Part shown: positions 53,625 to 64,000 of the stretch, in pieces
Position numbering within the stretch: position 1 is the stretch's first letter
How the letters are laid out: the number at the start of each line of letters is the position of its first letter
Assembly: GCA_003214975.1 (NCBI GenBank)
Contig: QCKZ01000002.1
Coordinates: forward strand, 165 to 64,164
Direction: 5' to 3'
Origin: Prochlorococcus sp. AG-412-C21
Lineage (GTDB): Bacteria; Cyanobacteriota; Cyanobacteriia; PCC-6307; Cyanobiaceae
Length of the DNA stretch: 64,000 nt
Notes under the pieces: model-generated
What the model saw: the letters and a program-made list of their open reading frames with translations, nothing else
What the model was told of the DNA's origin: nothing
The model's database searches: none
Program-made: the position numbers and the translations under genes

Positions 53625-54407
53625 TTACATTCCATTAATGCAGTAACCCGCATCAACATAAATTGTTTGGCCTGAAATGCCGCTAGAGAGATCACTTAAT
53701 AAAAAAGCAGCAGTATTACCTACTTCCGTTTGAGTGACCGTTCTGCGTAAAGGAGCCTTTTCTTCAACATTGTGAATCATATCTAAAATGCCACCTATAG
53801 CAGAACTAGCAAGTGTTCTTATAGGTCCAGCACTTATTGCATTAACTCTGACTTGTTTTTCGGGCCCAAGTTCTGCAGAAAGATATCTTACTGAAGCTTC
53901 TAAAGCTGCTTTTGCAACTCCCATCACGTTGTAGTTAGGAATCGCCCTCTCTGATCCTAAATAAGTTAATGAGACAACGCCAGCACCATCACTAAAAAGT
54001 GGTTTTGCTGCTTTACATAAAGGTGCTAACGAATACGCACTTATATTAAGAGCCCTATCAAAACCCTCTGAAGTGGTAGCACTATAATCTCCAATCAATT
54101 CGTCGCGTCCTGCAAATGCTAGGCAGTGAACTAATCCGTCAATTTGCCCCCAATTGTTTTTTATATTTTTAAAGATTTCTTCAATTTGAGCTGGATTTTG
54201 AACATCAAGAGGCAAAAATAAAGATGGGTTTAAGGGTTCAGTTAGTTCTCTAACTTTAGATTCGAATCTTCCCTTATCATCAGGCAAATATGTGATTCCA
54301 AGTTCTGCGCCAGCTTTTGAAAGTTGTTGAGCAATACCCCATGCTATTGAACGATTGTTGGCAATTCCCGTAACGAGAATTTTTTTGCCAGTTAGATTTA
54401 GAAGCAT
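53625..54407 (-). CDS. fabI: Enoyl-ACP reductase
   Basis: GIANNRSIAWGIA, YNVMGVAKAALE, SAGPIRTLA; ATG at 54407. Confidence 0.97.
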   Translation of the reverse strand: MLLNLTGKKILVTGIANNRSIAWGIAQQLSKAGAELGITYLPDDKGRFESKVRELTEPLNPSLFLPLDVQNPAQIEEIFKNIKNNWGQIDGLVHCLAFAGRDELIGDYSATTSEGFDRALNISAYSLAPLCKAAKPLFSDGAGVVSLTYLGSERAIPNYNVMGVAKAALEASVRYLSAELGPEKQVRVNAISAGPIRTLASSAIGGILDMIHNVEEKAPLRRTVTQTEVGNTAAFLLSDLSSGISGQTIYVDAGYCINGM

Positions 54408-54512
54408 TTTGTTTATTCTTTCTATATATTCTCCTATATAGAAGTACCTATCTTTACGGATTACTCCAAAATATACAATAATTTTCAAATATAAGAAATA
54501 TTTATTTTAAAC

Positions 54513-55106
54513 ATGGGCAGAACAAATTCTATGATTTTGGAATTAGGTTTTCAATTACCTAATTTCAAAATGTTAAATGCCAATTCTTCAAATAATGAAT
54601 ATTTTAGTTCTCATAATCTAGATAATAGGCATTTACTTTTAATGTTTATTTGTGCCCATTGCCCATTTGTTAAATATATTGAAAATCAAATTTTCACCTT
54701 AACAAAAGAAATTAAGAATAAAGTTCAAACAGTTGCGATTTCTAGTAATGATATTGTCACTCATCCTTCAGATTCTCCTAAAAATTTGAGATTACAAGCA
54801 CAATCACAGGGATGGAGTTTCCCTTATTTATACGATGAAAATCAAAATTTTGCTAAGGCGTTAAAAGCGGCTTGCACCCCAGATTTTTATCTTTTTTCTA
54901 ACGAAGGAGATGGTAATTTTTTATTGTATTATCATGGCCAATTAGATGATAGTAGACCAGGTAATAATATCCCTCTATCTGGTGAAGATTTGCGCTCTGC
55001 TGTAAGAAATTTAAATCAAGATAATTCTTGTCCTTCAAATCAGATGCCTTCTTTGGGCTGCAATATTAAATGGACTCCAGGTAAAGAACCGAGTTGGTTT
55101 AAATGA
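54513..55106 (+). CDS. AhpC/TSA thioredoxin-family protein
   Basis: FICAHCPFV, AACTPDF, GQLDDSRP, GCNIKW. Confidence 0.9.
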   Translation: MGRTNSMILELGFQLPNFKMLNANSSNNEYFSSHNLDNRHLLLMFICAHCPFVKYIENQIFTLTKEIKNKVQTVAISSNDIVTHPSDSPKNLRLQAQSQGWSFPYLYDENQNFAKALKAACTPDFYLFSNEGDGNFLLYYHGQLDDSRPGNNIPLSGEDLRSAVRNLNQDNSCPSNQMPSLGCNIKWTPGKEPSWFK

Positions 55107-55158
55107 ATTAAAATGTTTTTTTTTGATAGAAATATGGTTTAGGGTTAATATATTCACT

Positions 55159-56364
55159 ATGCAGATACCTCCATTTACTTTAAATAGGCAGTACCAGGAA
55201 ATTGGCTCTGAAATTGAGAGTGAGGTTTTTAAAGTTTTAAAAGGGGCACAATATATTGGAGGAAAAGAGATTGCAAAATTTGAGGAAAGTTTTTCTAATC
55301 TGATTGGTGTTGAAAATACTATTGGATGTAACAGTGGAACTGATGCTTTAGTGTTGGCTTTGCGAGCATTAGATATTGGTATGGGTGACGAAGTTATTAC
55401 ATCATCTTTTAGCTTTTTTGCGACTGCAGAGGCTATTAGTGCAGTTGGTGCTAATCCAATTTTTGTAGATATAGATCCTGAAACTTATCTCATTAATACT
55501 GAACTAATAGAACAAGAAATAAATCCTAATACCAAGGCAATTATGCCAGTTCATCTATTTGGGAATGCAGTGAATATGACCTTAATAAAATCATTGGCTG
55601 ACAAATATGACCTAAAAGTAATCGAAGATTGTGCTCAAGCAACATGCACAATGTGGGAAAATTCCAAAGTTGGAAGTATCGGCGATATAGGTTGTTTTAG
55701 CTTTTTCCCTACTAAGAATTTAGGAGCTGCTGGAGATGGTGGAGCAGTAACAACATCAGATCAGAAGATTGCCAAAAAAATTAGAGAACTCGCTGTTCAT
55801 GGTAGCCCTATAAGATATCACCATACTCACATTGGATATAACAGCAGACTTGATACTATTCAAGCTGCCATATTAAATATCAAAATTAAATATATTTCTA
55901 AGTGGATTAATAATCGCCAAAGAATCGCTAAAAATTACTTTGAGTTATTAGAAAAAAATCCATTTATTACTTTTCCTAAAATTAGCTCTAATTCAATTTC
56001 CCATTCTTGGAATCAATTTGTCATCAAATTAAGAAACGATAAATATCTTTTAAATGAAGATTTTTCAAATTTATTTGATACTGATTGCAAAAAATATTAT
56101 TCCTTAAGGAATTTGGTAAAGAAACAACTTTTTGAAAAAGGTATTAACTCAATTATTTATTATCCAATTCCAATTCATGCACAAATAGCATATAAAAATA
56201 AAAAATTTTCAAGAACTAAACTCATTAATACAGAGAGAATTTGTACAGAAGTTCTTAGTCTTCCAATTTTTCCAGAAATTTCTTATGAAGAACAAGTTTA
56301 TGTGGCAGAAAATTTAAATAAAGTTTTAAAAAATTGTATACAGGAAATTCAAATTTCTGCATAA
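55159..56364 (+). CDS. DegT/DnrJ/EryC1/StrS aminotransferase
   Basis: NSGTDAL, EDCAQA, SFFPTKNLG, GYNSRLD. Confidence 0.93.
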   Translation: MQIPPFTLNRQYQEIGSEIESEVFKVLKGAQYIGGKEIAKFEESFSNLIGVENTIGCNSGTDALVLALRALDIGMGDEVITSSFSFFATAEAISAVGANPIFVDIDPETYLINTELIEQEINPNTKAIMPVHLFGNAVNMTLIKSLADKYDLKVIEDCAQATCTMWENSKVGSIGDIGCFSFFPTKNLGAAGDGGAVTTSDQKIAKKIRELAVHGSPIRYHHTHIGYNSRLDTIQAAILNIKIKYISKWINNRQRIAKNYFELLEKNPFITFPKISSNSISHSWNQFVIKLRNDKYLLNEDFSNLFDTDCKKYYSLRNLVKKQLFEKGINSIIYYPIPIHAQIAYKNKKFSRTKLINTERICTEVLSLPIFPEISYEEQVYVAENLNKVLKNCIQEIQISA

Positions 56365-57785
56365 AGTGATTTAAATAATCTTTGTTGGATATTGTGATTA
56401 ACAATAGGACTTGAATAATTATTTTTTTCTAAATTAGATATTTCCCCATTTAATAGATCTGAATTTGACACTTTAGATAATTCAGGAATCCAGAATTTTA
56501 TATATTTACAAATAGGATCAAATTTTTTTGCTTGAGTATATGGATTAAAAATTCTCAGTGGTTTTGGATCCATACCGCTACTTGCACTCCACTGCCATCC
56601 ACCATTATTGGCAGCTAAGTCTCCATCGACCAATATCTCCATGAATTTTTCCTCACCCTTTTGCCAACTGCATATTAGGTCTTTTACCAGAAATGAAGCG
56701 ACTATCATCCTACATCTGTTATGCATCCAGCCACTACTATTTAGTTGTCGCATTGCAGCATCAATTATAGGAACACCAGTTTCGCCATTACTCCAATGCT
56801 GAAACCATTCATTATTATTCTCCCACGGAAATTGAGCCCATTTTTTTCTATATGGACCACTCTCTAGTTCTGGGAAATGGAATAAACAATGCTGATAAAA
56901 CTCCCGCCAAACAAGTTCTTTTTGCCAAGTTTCTATTGATAAGTAATTTTCTTGATTTTCAAAATCCGAATGTAAATTTAATGTAGCGTTCCAAACTTTT
57001 CTAATGCTTATCGTGCCGAATCTGAGAGAGGCACTTAAAAAAGATGTTCCATTGTAGGAAGGCAAATCTCTTGCAGAATTGTAAGAAAATATTTTTTTTT
57101 CGTTAATAAAGTTTTCTAATAATATTTTTGCAGCCCTCTCACCAGGTCTACATGGACAAATCTTGGATCCAGAAAATTTAATATTTTTAAGAAATTTCTC
57201 TAGTACTGAATTAGATGATTTTATGTTCTGATTTTCTTTAAGTTTATTATCGATATCTTTAAAATGGAAAATAATTTTATCTTCATAAAAAGAACCAAAA
57301 AAATTCATTTTTGATTTAAGGTTTTTATAAAACGGACCATAAACGGAATAAGGTTTATTATTTCCTGTAAATATTTTGGAAGGTTCTATTAATAAGTGGT
57401 CCCAAGATTCAATAGATTGAATGTTTATTTCTTTTAAATTATTTTTTATTGCTAAATCTCGATTAATTTCATAAGGTTCAATTGATTTGTTCCAAACAAC
57501 AATTTTAGCATCTATTGTCTTTGCTAATTGAGGAATTATTAATACTGGATCTCCTTCTCCTATAACAAGCCTGCTACCCATTTTTTCCCAATTATTTCCT
57601 AATTCTTTAAGCGAATTACCAAGAAACCAAGCTCTTGAATTTGCATTAAAATCGTGTGAATAATTTTTATCTAAGATATAAGTTGAAGTAATAGCATTTG
57701 ATAAAGAAAATGCTTTTATTAAAGCTTGATTATCAATTATTCTTAGATCTTTTCTATGCCAGAAAAGTATTCTAGGGTTATTCAT
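56349..57785 (-). CDS. phrB: Deoxyribodipyrimidine photolyase
   Basis: WHRKDLR..DN, TSFLS..LRFG, WREFY, GWMHNRCRMIVA, NNGGWQW. Confidence 0.93.
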   Translation of the reverse strand: MNNPRILFWHRKDLRIIDNQALIKAFSLSNAITSTYILDKNYSHDFNANSRAWFLGNSLKELGNNWEKMGSRLVIGEGDPVLIIPQLAKTIDAKIVVWNKSIEPYEINRDLAIKNNLKEINIQSIESWDHLLIEPSKIFTGNNKPYSVYGPFYKNLKSKMNFFGSFYEDKIIFHFKDIDNKLKENQNIKSSNSVLEKFLKNIKFSGSKICPCRPGERAAKILLENFINEKKIFSYNSARDLPSYNGTSFLSASLRFGTISIRKVWNATLNLHSDFENQENYLSIETWQKELVWREFYQHCLFHFPELESGPYRKKWAQFPWENNNEWFQHWSNGETGVPIIDAAMRQLNSSGWMHNRCRMIVASFLVKDLICSWQKGEEKFMEILVDGDLAANNGGWQWSASSGMDPKPLRIFNPYTQAKKFDPICKYIKFWIPELSKVSNSDLLNGEISNLEKNNYSSPIVNHNIQQRLFKSLYAEI

Positions 57786-58345
57786 AATTCATCTAAAAAT
57801 TGTTTTGCTCTAAACCAAGCAGTAACAGTTTTTGAGTCAAGAATTTCATCCCCACTAGAAATAAGATTATCTAGTTCGTCGGGATCTAAAATTAATACTT
57901 CTATATCTTCATCTAAATCTCCTTTGACCTCAGACTTTAGTTTGCTCAAGTCGCGAGCTAGAAATAAATAAATTTCTTCATCTGCATAACCAGGCGCTGG
58001 GACAAGAGTTCCTAATTCATCCCATTTGTCTGCACTAAATCCAGTCTCTTCTTGAATTTCTCTTTTGATTGAAGTAATAGGTGTTTCGCCTATTTCTAAT
58101 GTGCCGGCTGGAAATTCTAATAAATATCTTGAAACAGCAAATCTATATTGCCGAAGAATTATAACTTTATTGTCTTTTGTAATAGGTACAGCTAAAGCAG
58201 CGCCAGGGTGCTTAATGTATCCATATTCACCTTCATGCCCATTTGGAAGTTGAATTCTATTGATTTCAAAACTAAATTTTTTTGACTTTAACTCAGATAT
58301 TTTTTCTTTGAAAATGGATCTTTTTATAAGATGTTTATTGCACAT
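57782..58345 (-). CDS. NUDIX hydrolase (ADP-ribose pyrophosphatase-like)
   Basis: RQYRF, EFPAG..E.GE.....KREIQEETG. Confidence 0.92.
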   Translation of the reverse strand: MCNKHLIKRSIFKEKISELKSKKFSFEINRIQLPNGHEGEYGYIKHPGAALAVPITKDNKVIILRQYRFAVSRYLLEFPAGTLEIGETPITSIKREIQEETGFSADKWDELGTLVPAPGYADEEIYLFLARDLSKLKSEVKGDLDEDIEVLILDPDELDNLISSGDEILDSKTVTAWFRAKQFLDEL

Positions 58346-58392
58346 ATTTTTAAAATAAAAACAGCCTAGCAGTTATATTTTGGTTTTGTAAA

Positions 58393-58960
58393 TTAGGCAA
58401 TAGTCCATCTCGGGTCATCAAATGTTTTGATTTTTTGGCTTCTGCTTAAGATCTCAGATAATGGCGTAATAACGAAATTACGATTCATCAATCTGGGGTG
58501 AGGTAATGTTAATTTCTTATCAATTGTATGAAAATCTTCCCACCATAGAATATCTAAATCAAGACATCTTGATAGCCATTTCTTCCCCTGTGGAGTCTTT
58601 TCTCTTCCAAAAAAAACTCTCTAAGTTTTTTAGCTTTTTTAAAAGTAATTTTGCATTTTTTATGGATGGTTTTGGAAAATAATTACTCTTTACAAGGACA
58701 AGAGTATTAAGATAATTTGGCTGTTCATTTTCAACTCCATGAGGTGCTGTCTCATATATTGAAGACCATAAAAAGTTTGGTTTAGATTTTTTGTTTTCTT
58801 CTTTTCTAGTAATGCATTGATCTTCCCACTCTTTTATTATTTCTTGTACTTTTGGTTTGCAAATTAATAAAGTCTCTAAAGGGCTTCCAAATTTACTATC
58901 AATATTTGCTCCGAGGGATATACATAGTCCATTTTTGATATTAAGATTTGATAATTCCAC
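58393..58960 (-). pseudogene. folK: HPPK (FolK), frameshifted at a T8 run as written
   Basis: 5' frame has ISLGANI, SSIYETAP, YLN; removing one T at 58609-58616 gives GREK..KWLSRCLDLDILW..LTLPHPRLMNRNFVITPL to TAA at 58393. Confidence 0.88.
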
Positions 58961-59008
58961 AACAAAAAACAAAGTTATTGGATAAATTCTATATCAGGCA
59001 TTTTTAAA

Positions 59009-61180
59009 GTGATTTTGAACCAAGAGTTAAAAGGAAAAGAAGAAATAAAAGATTTAATGAAATCAAAGGACTCTTTTAGATCTTTTCCTTTAGCGGCAAT
59101 TACAGGTCATAGCTTATTAAAATTATCTTTACTCCTTGCGGCAGTAGACCCAAGTTTAGGTGGAGTTATTATTGCTGGTGGTAGAGGTACTGGTAAGTCT
59201 GTATTGGCAAGAGGGTTACATAATTTGATCCCTCCTATAGAAATATTAGATACTGAATCAGTACTGAACAAGTTAACTCAAGATAGTAATGTATTAAGAC
59301 CTATTGGTAGGAACCTAGATCCAAATAGTCCAGAGGAATGGGATATTAATACTAATAAATTGTTAATGGAGATAATTGGAAGTGATTACTTAAATCAAAC
59401 TGAAGAAATCCCTAAAAAAGTAAGAGAAGCACCATTTATTCAGGTACCTATTGGAATAACTGAAGACAGACTTGTTGGATCAATTGATGTTGCAGCATCA
59501 TTAAATACTGGGGCACAAGTTTTTCAGCCTGGAATTTTAGCTGAGGCTCATAGAGGTGTTCTTTATGTAGACGATATAAATTTATTGGATGATGGAATTG
59601 TAAATTTAATTCTTGAAGCTATAGGAAGAGAGCAAAATAATATTGAAAGAGATGGTTTAAGTCTCTCTCATCCTTGTAATTCACTTTTAATAGCAACTTA
59701 TAATCCTCAAGAAGGTGCTTTAAGAGATCATGTTTTAGATCGTTTTGCGATTGTGCTTTCTGCAGATCAATCTATTGATAATGCTCAAAGAGTTGAAATT
59801 ACAAAATCTGTTTTATCACACGCGGAAAATAATATTAAATTTTCAGAAAAATGGTCCGAAGAATCTGATAATTTATCCACTCAATTAATTTTGGCAAGGC
59901 AATGGTTAAAGGATGTGAAAATAACAAAAGAGCAAATAACATATTTAGTCAATGAAGCTCTTAGAGGGGGTGTAGAAGGGCATAGGTCAGAATTGTTCGC
60001 AGTAAAAGTTGCTAAGGCGAATGCAGCTCTTCGAGGAGATGAGAATGTTAATTCTGAGGACCTAAAAGTCGCAGTAAGATTAGTTATCCTTCCACGCGCA
60101 AATCAAATACCACCTGAAGATGAAGATATTCAACCACCGCCTCCTGAGGATCAGAGCCCACCACCACCACCTCAATCAAATAATGATGACTCTGAACCTG
60201 AGGCAAATGAGAATGATGATAATCAAGAGCAAGAAAAAGAAGAAGATAATTCTGATGGAGAAGAAGAATCTACTCCCGAAATACCTGAAGAATTTATTTT
60301 AGATCCTGAGGCATGTATGGTCGATCCTGATTTGTTACTTTTTTCATCAGCTAAAGCAAAAGCCGGAAATAGTGGAAGTAGATCAGTGATATTTAGTGAT
60401 AGTAGAGGGAGATATGTAAAACCTATTATTCCAAGAGGTAAAGTAAAAAGAATTGCGGTAGATGCGACTTTGCGAGCTGCAGCTCCTTATCAAAAATCAA
60501 GAAGATTAAGGAATCCTAATAAATCAATAGTTATAGAAGAAAATGATTTTAGAGCTAAGCTTCTTCAAAAAAAGGCGGGTGCTTTAGTCATCTTTCTTGT
60601 TGATGCTAGTGGATCAATGGCTCTTAATAGAATGCAAAGTGCTAAAGGTGCAGTTATCAGACTTTTGACTGAGGCATACGAGAATAGAGATGAAGTCGCT
60701 CTTATTCCCTTTAGAGGTAATCAAGCAGAAGTTCTTTTGCCGCCAACAAGATCTATAACTGCAGCGAAAAGAAGGCTAGAAACAATGCCTTGCGGAGGCG
60801 GATCGCCTTTAGCACATGGACTAACACAATCAGCAAAAGTAGCAAAAAATGCTCTTTCTACTGGAGATATAGGTCAAGTTATTGTTGTTGGGATTACCGA
60901 TGGAAGAGGAAATGTTCCATTAGGATTATCTCTAGGACAAAATGAGGTTGAAGAAAACGATAATTCAAATGCCAATTTAAAGCAAGAGGTTCTTGATATT
61001 GCAGCAAAATATCCAATGCTTGGGATAAAACTTTTGATAATTGATACAGAAAGAAAATTTATCGCAAGTGGATTTGGTAAAGAATTAGCGGAGGCAGCTC
61101 AAGGAAAATATGTTCAACTGCCAAAAGCTACAGATAAAGCAATCGCAGCTATGGCCCTAAATGCTATAAATGAATTCTAA
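59009..61180 (+). CDS. chlD: Magnesium chelatase subunit D
   Basis: AAA module (GRGTGKS), Pro/acidic linker, vWA MIDAS DASGS. Confidence 0.97.
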   Translation: MILNQELKGKEEIKDLMKSKDSFRSFPLAAITGHSLLKLSLLLAAVDPSLGGVIIAGGRGTGKSVLARGLHNLIPPIEILDTESVLNKLTQDSNVLRPIGRNLDPNSPEEWDINTNKLLMEIIGSDYLNQTEEIPKKVREAPFIQVPIGITEDRLVGSIDVAASLNTGAQVFQPGILAEAHRGVLYVDDINLLDDGIVNLILEAIGREQNNIERDGLSLSHPCNSLLIATYNPQEGALRDHVLDRFAIVLSADQSIDNAQRVEITKSVLSHAENNIKFSEKWSEESDNLSTQLILARQWLKDVKITKEQITYLVNEALRGGVEGHRSELFAVKVAKANAALRGDENVNSEDLKVAVRLVILPRANQIPPEDEDIQPPPPEDQSPPPPPQSNNDDSEPEANENDDNQEQEKEEDNSDGEEESTPEIPEEFILDPEACMVDPDLLLFSSAKAKAGNSGSRSVIFSDSRGRYVKPIIPRGKVKRIAVDATLRAAAPYQKSRRLRNPNKSIVIEENDFRAKLLQKKAGALVIFLVDASGSMALNRMQSAKGAVIRLLTEAYENRDEVALIPFRGNQAEVLLPPTRSITAAKRRLETMPCGGGSPLAHGLTQSAKVAKNALSTGDIGQVIVVGITDGRGNVPLGLSLGQNEVEENDNSNANLKQEVLDIAAKYPMLGIKLLIIDTERKFIASGFGKELAEAAQGKYVQLPKATDKAIAAMALNAINEF

Positions 61181-61187
61181 ATATTTC

Positions 61188-62033
61188 TTATGGATAAATT
61201 TCGTTAAGGAATTTTGAAAGTCCAATAGTTAAATCTCTAATAGCTTTAGTTAATTCTTTATCTTGAGTTAATTTTTCAAAATCTTCACTCATATCATCTA
61301 TTTTGGTTGAAATAGACCTAGCAGCATTAATTGTCAATTTAATGTCATTAAGGGTTTCTTTGTCATCGATAGTAGACAAAATGTTATTCAAATGATTAGA
61401 TGCTGTTGTAATTTGTTTGATTAGAGGTTGGATTCTTAGGATTTCTTGTTTCGATAAATAAATTAATTCATCAAGATTTTCTTGGGTTTTGTCAAATTGG
61501 TCAATTGAATTAACGACGTTCTCAATTAAGTTTTCTTGATTTGTTTCTTTTAAAAGTTGACTTATTCTATTAGTTATATTTGAGAGACTTGAAAGTTGTT
61601 TGCCTGTGATAGTGTCTCCTTGACAAATAATTAATTTGGCATCACATTTTTCGGATGTAGGTTTTGCGATATTTTTAGGAATGGTTTTTTCACTTGTTTC
61701 TAAAGCAACTTGCACATCTCCTCCAAGGAAAGAATTAGTTACTACCCTTGCAAATGCTGGCCTAGTAAGAATAATTTCAGGATTATTTAAAACTATTTTT
61801 GCTTTAATTGATTCATTAGTAAATAAGATATCTTCTATTGATCCTACTAAAATTCCTCTGTAAGTAACAGGAGAATTCTTTGATAAACCACTTGCGTTAT
61901 TGAATTCAGCAAAGAGGTGCCAACTTTTTGAAGATAATCTTACTCCTCTTAGCCAAAAAGAAAAAAATGTAAATATTAAAATTCCTCCTAATAAGGAAAA
62001 TCCAACTATTGAATCTCGTAAGCTTCTACGCAT
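61188..62033 (-). CDS. MlaD/MCE family protein (TGD2-like)
   Basis: N-terminal TM, FNNASGL..NSPVTYRGILVG. Confidence 0.9.
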   Translation of the reverse strand: MRRSLRDSIVGFSLLGGILIFTFFSFWLRGVRLSSKSWHLFAEFNNASGLSKNSPVTYRGILVGSIEDILFTNESIKAKIVLNNPEIILTRPAFARVVTNSFLGGDVQVALETSEKTIPKNIAKPTSEKCDAKLIICQGDTITGKQLSSLSNITNRISQLLKETNQENLIENVVNSIDQFDKTQENLDELIYLSKQEILRIQPLIKQITTASNHLNNILSTIDDKETLNDIKLTINAARSISTKIDDMSEDFEKLTQDKELTKAIRDLTIGLSKFLNEIYP

Positions 62034-62038
62034 AATTT

Positions 62039-62824
62039 CTAAATGTCTTTGGGTTGCATTGGACCATCAAGTTTCCCATACCTAAATTGAAATACATAGG
62101 GATCTTTACTCTTTTTGAATTCATCAATAGATCCTGCCCATCTAAATTTGCCTCCGTAAAGCATTAAAACTTTATCTGAAGTCCTCTCTATAGTACTAAG
62201 AACATGGCTAACCACAATAGATGATCCGTTGGCTTTATTATTTGTCTTATTAATTAAATCTTCAATTCTTGATGAGGCAATTGGATCAAGACCTGCAGTC
62301 GGTTCATCAAAAAGTAATAAAGGTTTAGTCTTTGCATTTAGAGTGTGATCTGTAATTAAAGCTCTAGCAAAACTTACTCTTTTTTGCATACCTCCGCTTA
62401 ATTCATTAGGAAGTTTATTCTCAATATTAAATAATCCTACTTCAGCTAAGCATTCACATACGATTTCATGGATTAATTTTTTAGATAGGTTTTTATTTTT
62501 TTTAAGGAGAAAACCTACATTTTCTGCAATTGTTAAGGATCCTAATAATGCTGGGTTCTGAAAAACTAGTCTTACATCAGGAGGATTATTTTGATCCAGT
62601 CTCAGATATATTTGTTTCTCACCAAATATTCTTAATTCCCCTTTAGTAGGTAAAATGAGGCCTGCTATTATTTTTAAAATAGTTGACTTACCAGAACCTG
62701 AGGGGCCAACAATAGCTAATTTCTCTCCATCATTAAGTTTTAAATTTAGTTGATTAAGGACATTAACTCCCCCCCAACTTATTGAGAGGTTTTTTGCTTC
62801 AACTGCATGCTTTGATTTTTCCAA
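62039..62824 (-). CDS. ABC transporter ATP-binding protein (MlaF/TGD3-like)
   Basis: GPSGSGKS, LSGGMQKR, DEPTAGLDP. Confidence 0.93.
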   Translation of the reverse strand: MEKSKHAVEAKNLSISWGGVNVLNQLNLKLNDGEKLAIVGPSGSGKSTILKIIAGLILPTKGELRIFGEKQIYLRLDQNNPPDVRLVFQNPALLGSLTIAENVGFLLKKNKNLSKKLIHEIVCECLAEVGLFNIENKLPNELSGGMQKRVSFARALITDHTLNAKTKPLLLFDEPTAGLDPIASSRIEDLINKTNNKANGSSIVVSHVLSTIERTSDKVLMLYGGKFRWAGSIDEFKKSKDPYVFQFRYGKLDGPMQPKDI

Positions 62825-62957
62825 AACTTTTATAAAGAAAAGTCATCTTCTATTACATATTGCCTATTTTTAGCAATAAAAAAAGGATGTGTGAATTTGA
62901 TTTATAATGAATATATGAGGTTTTTAAATTTGATAAAAATAATTTAAGAGGTTTTTA

Positions 62958-64000
62958 ATGAATAAGCGTAAAAAAAGAGTAAGAAAATATTATGAGTACT
63001 ATAAAAAGTCCAATTTTCTCTTATTCAATAAAATCTTAAGAATTTTGAGTTGGCTTTTGCCAGGACTAGTAATAAAAAGATGGATGATTACTTCTGCAAT
63101 AGGATTTTTGACTTCATTATTAGGACTGGCAATTTGGACAAATTTAAGGCCACTTTATTGGCTTCTTGAGGTATTTTTCTTGTTGATGAATGGTTTAACC
63201 AGTTTCTTATCTGTTTCATTAATGGGACCATTAATTTTCATTCTTGGACTTTTATTGATCGGGATTGGGCAAAATAGAAGTATCAATTCTATTCAAAAAG
63301 CCCTTGTTCCAGAAAAAAATACATTTTTAGTTGATGCATTAAGAGTTAAGAGTAAATTAAACAGAGGTCCTAATATTGTTGCAATTGGTGGAGGCACAGG
63401 CTTATCTACTTTATTAAAAGGGTTAAAAAATTACAGTAGTAATATTACAGCAATTGTAACTGTATCCGATGATGGTGGAAGTAGTGGAATTCTTAGAAAA
63501 CAATTAGGTGTGCAACCTCCAGGAGATATTAGAAATTGTTTGGCTGCCTTATCAAACGAAGAACCCACTTTAACGAGGTTATTTCAATATAGATTTCCAG
63601 GAGGAAGTGGCCTCGAGGGACATAGTTTTGGAAATCTATTCTTATCTGCTTTAACAACAATTACGGGTAGTTTAGAAAAAGCAGTACAAGCCTCTAGTAA
63701 GGTTTTAGCGGTACAAGGTCTGGTATTACCTGCAACAAATGTTGATGTTATGTTATGGGCCGAACTAGAGGATGGTGAAAAAATTTTTGGCGAAAGCAAG
63801 ATTAGTAAATCTCACAAATTAATCTCAAGGATTGGTTGCTTTCCAGAAAATCCTTCTGCTCTCCCAAGTGCTCTCGAATCTATAAAAGAAGCTGACTTAA
63901 TTGTCCTTGGTCCTGGCAGTCTATACACTTCTTTATTACCAAATTTGCTTGTTCCAGAGATTGTAGATGCGTTGTTGCAAAGTAATGCCCCCAAAATTTA
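62958..64000 (+). CDS. YvcK/CofD-like gluconeogenesis factor (3'-truncated by window edge; absent from ORF track)
   Basis: ATG at 62958; WLLPGLVIKRW, IVAIGGGTGLS, VSDDGGSSG, PPGDIRNCL, GHSFGNL, GPGSLYTS all in one frame. Confidence 0.92.
   Translation, partial: MNKRKKRVRKYYEYYKKSNFLLFNKILRILSWLLPGLVIKRWMITSAIGFLTSLLGLAIWTNLRPLYWLLEVFFLLMNGLTSFLSVSLMGPLIFILGLLLIGIGQNRSINSIQKALVPEKNTFLVDALRVKSKLNRGPNIVAIGGGTGLSTLLKGLKNYSSNITAIVTVSDDGGSSGILRKQLGVQPPGDIRNCLAALSNEEPTLTRLFQYRFPGGSGLEGHSFGNLFLSALTTITGSLEKAVQASSKVLAVQGLVLPATNVDVMLWAELEDGEKIFGESKISKSHKLISRIGCFPENPSALPSALESIKEADLIVLGPGSLYTSLLPNLLVPEIVDALLQSNAPKI

Noticed and set aside
56349-56364. Convergent 3' overlaps (degT/phrB, kinase/cobS, ygfZ-like/TM0106, yqgF-like/DUF3146)
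   Set aside because: Short overlaps are routine in streamlined genomes
60100-60300. Pro/Asp/Glu low-complexity stretch with CCA repeats, and overlapping ORF 60120-60302
   Set aside because: Standard ChlD linker; the alternative ORF is a by-product of the low-complexity sequence
1-64000. CRISPR array, prophage, IS element, integrase or defence system
   Set aside because: No spaced repeats or mobile-element proteins seen; nearly all sequence is assigned to recognisable core genes

Overview
AT-rich, densely packed core-genome segment of a marine picocyanobacterium, almost certainly a high-light-adapted Prochlorococcus. This is inferred from the gene order aroC-ftsH-sat-psbO ... thyX-dcd-ntcA ... 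psbH/N/I-leuDC-glyA ... amt1-ispH-purH ... tgt-psbK ... phrB-folK-chlD, the short intergenic gaps, and a CPD photolyase. It holds about 68 CDS and 3 tRNAs. I found no CRISPR array, integrase, transposase, prophage or defence island, and no convincing novel multi-gene system. The most interesting signals are: (1) a tandem pair of NrdR-like boxes 31 bp apart over the promoter of a cobO-like/dcd/thyX operon, back-to-back with the NtcA-autoregulated ntcA promoter; (2) a multi-hairpin element with alternative pairings between the DUF3155 gene and a Hik2-type kinase; (3) an esterase broken by an internal deletion and frameshift; (4) folK frameshifted at a T8 run; (5) two near-neighbouring genes (mpg, crtR) whose conserved N-termini have no canonical start codon; and (6) several apparently degenerate enzymes (CobO-like, Eda-like, TM0106 nuclease).
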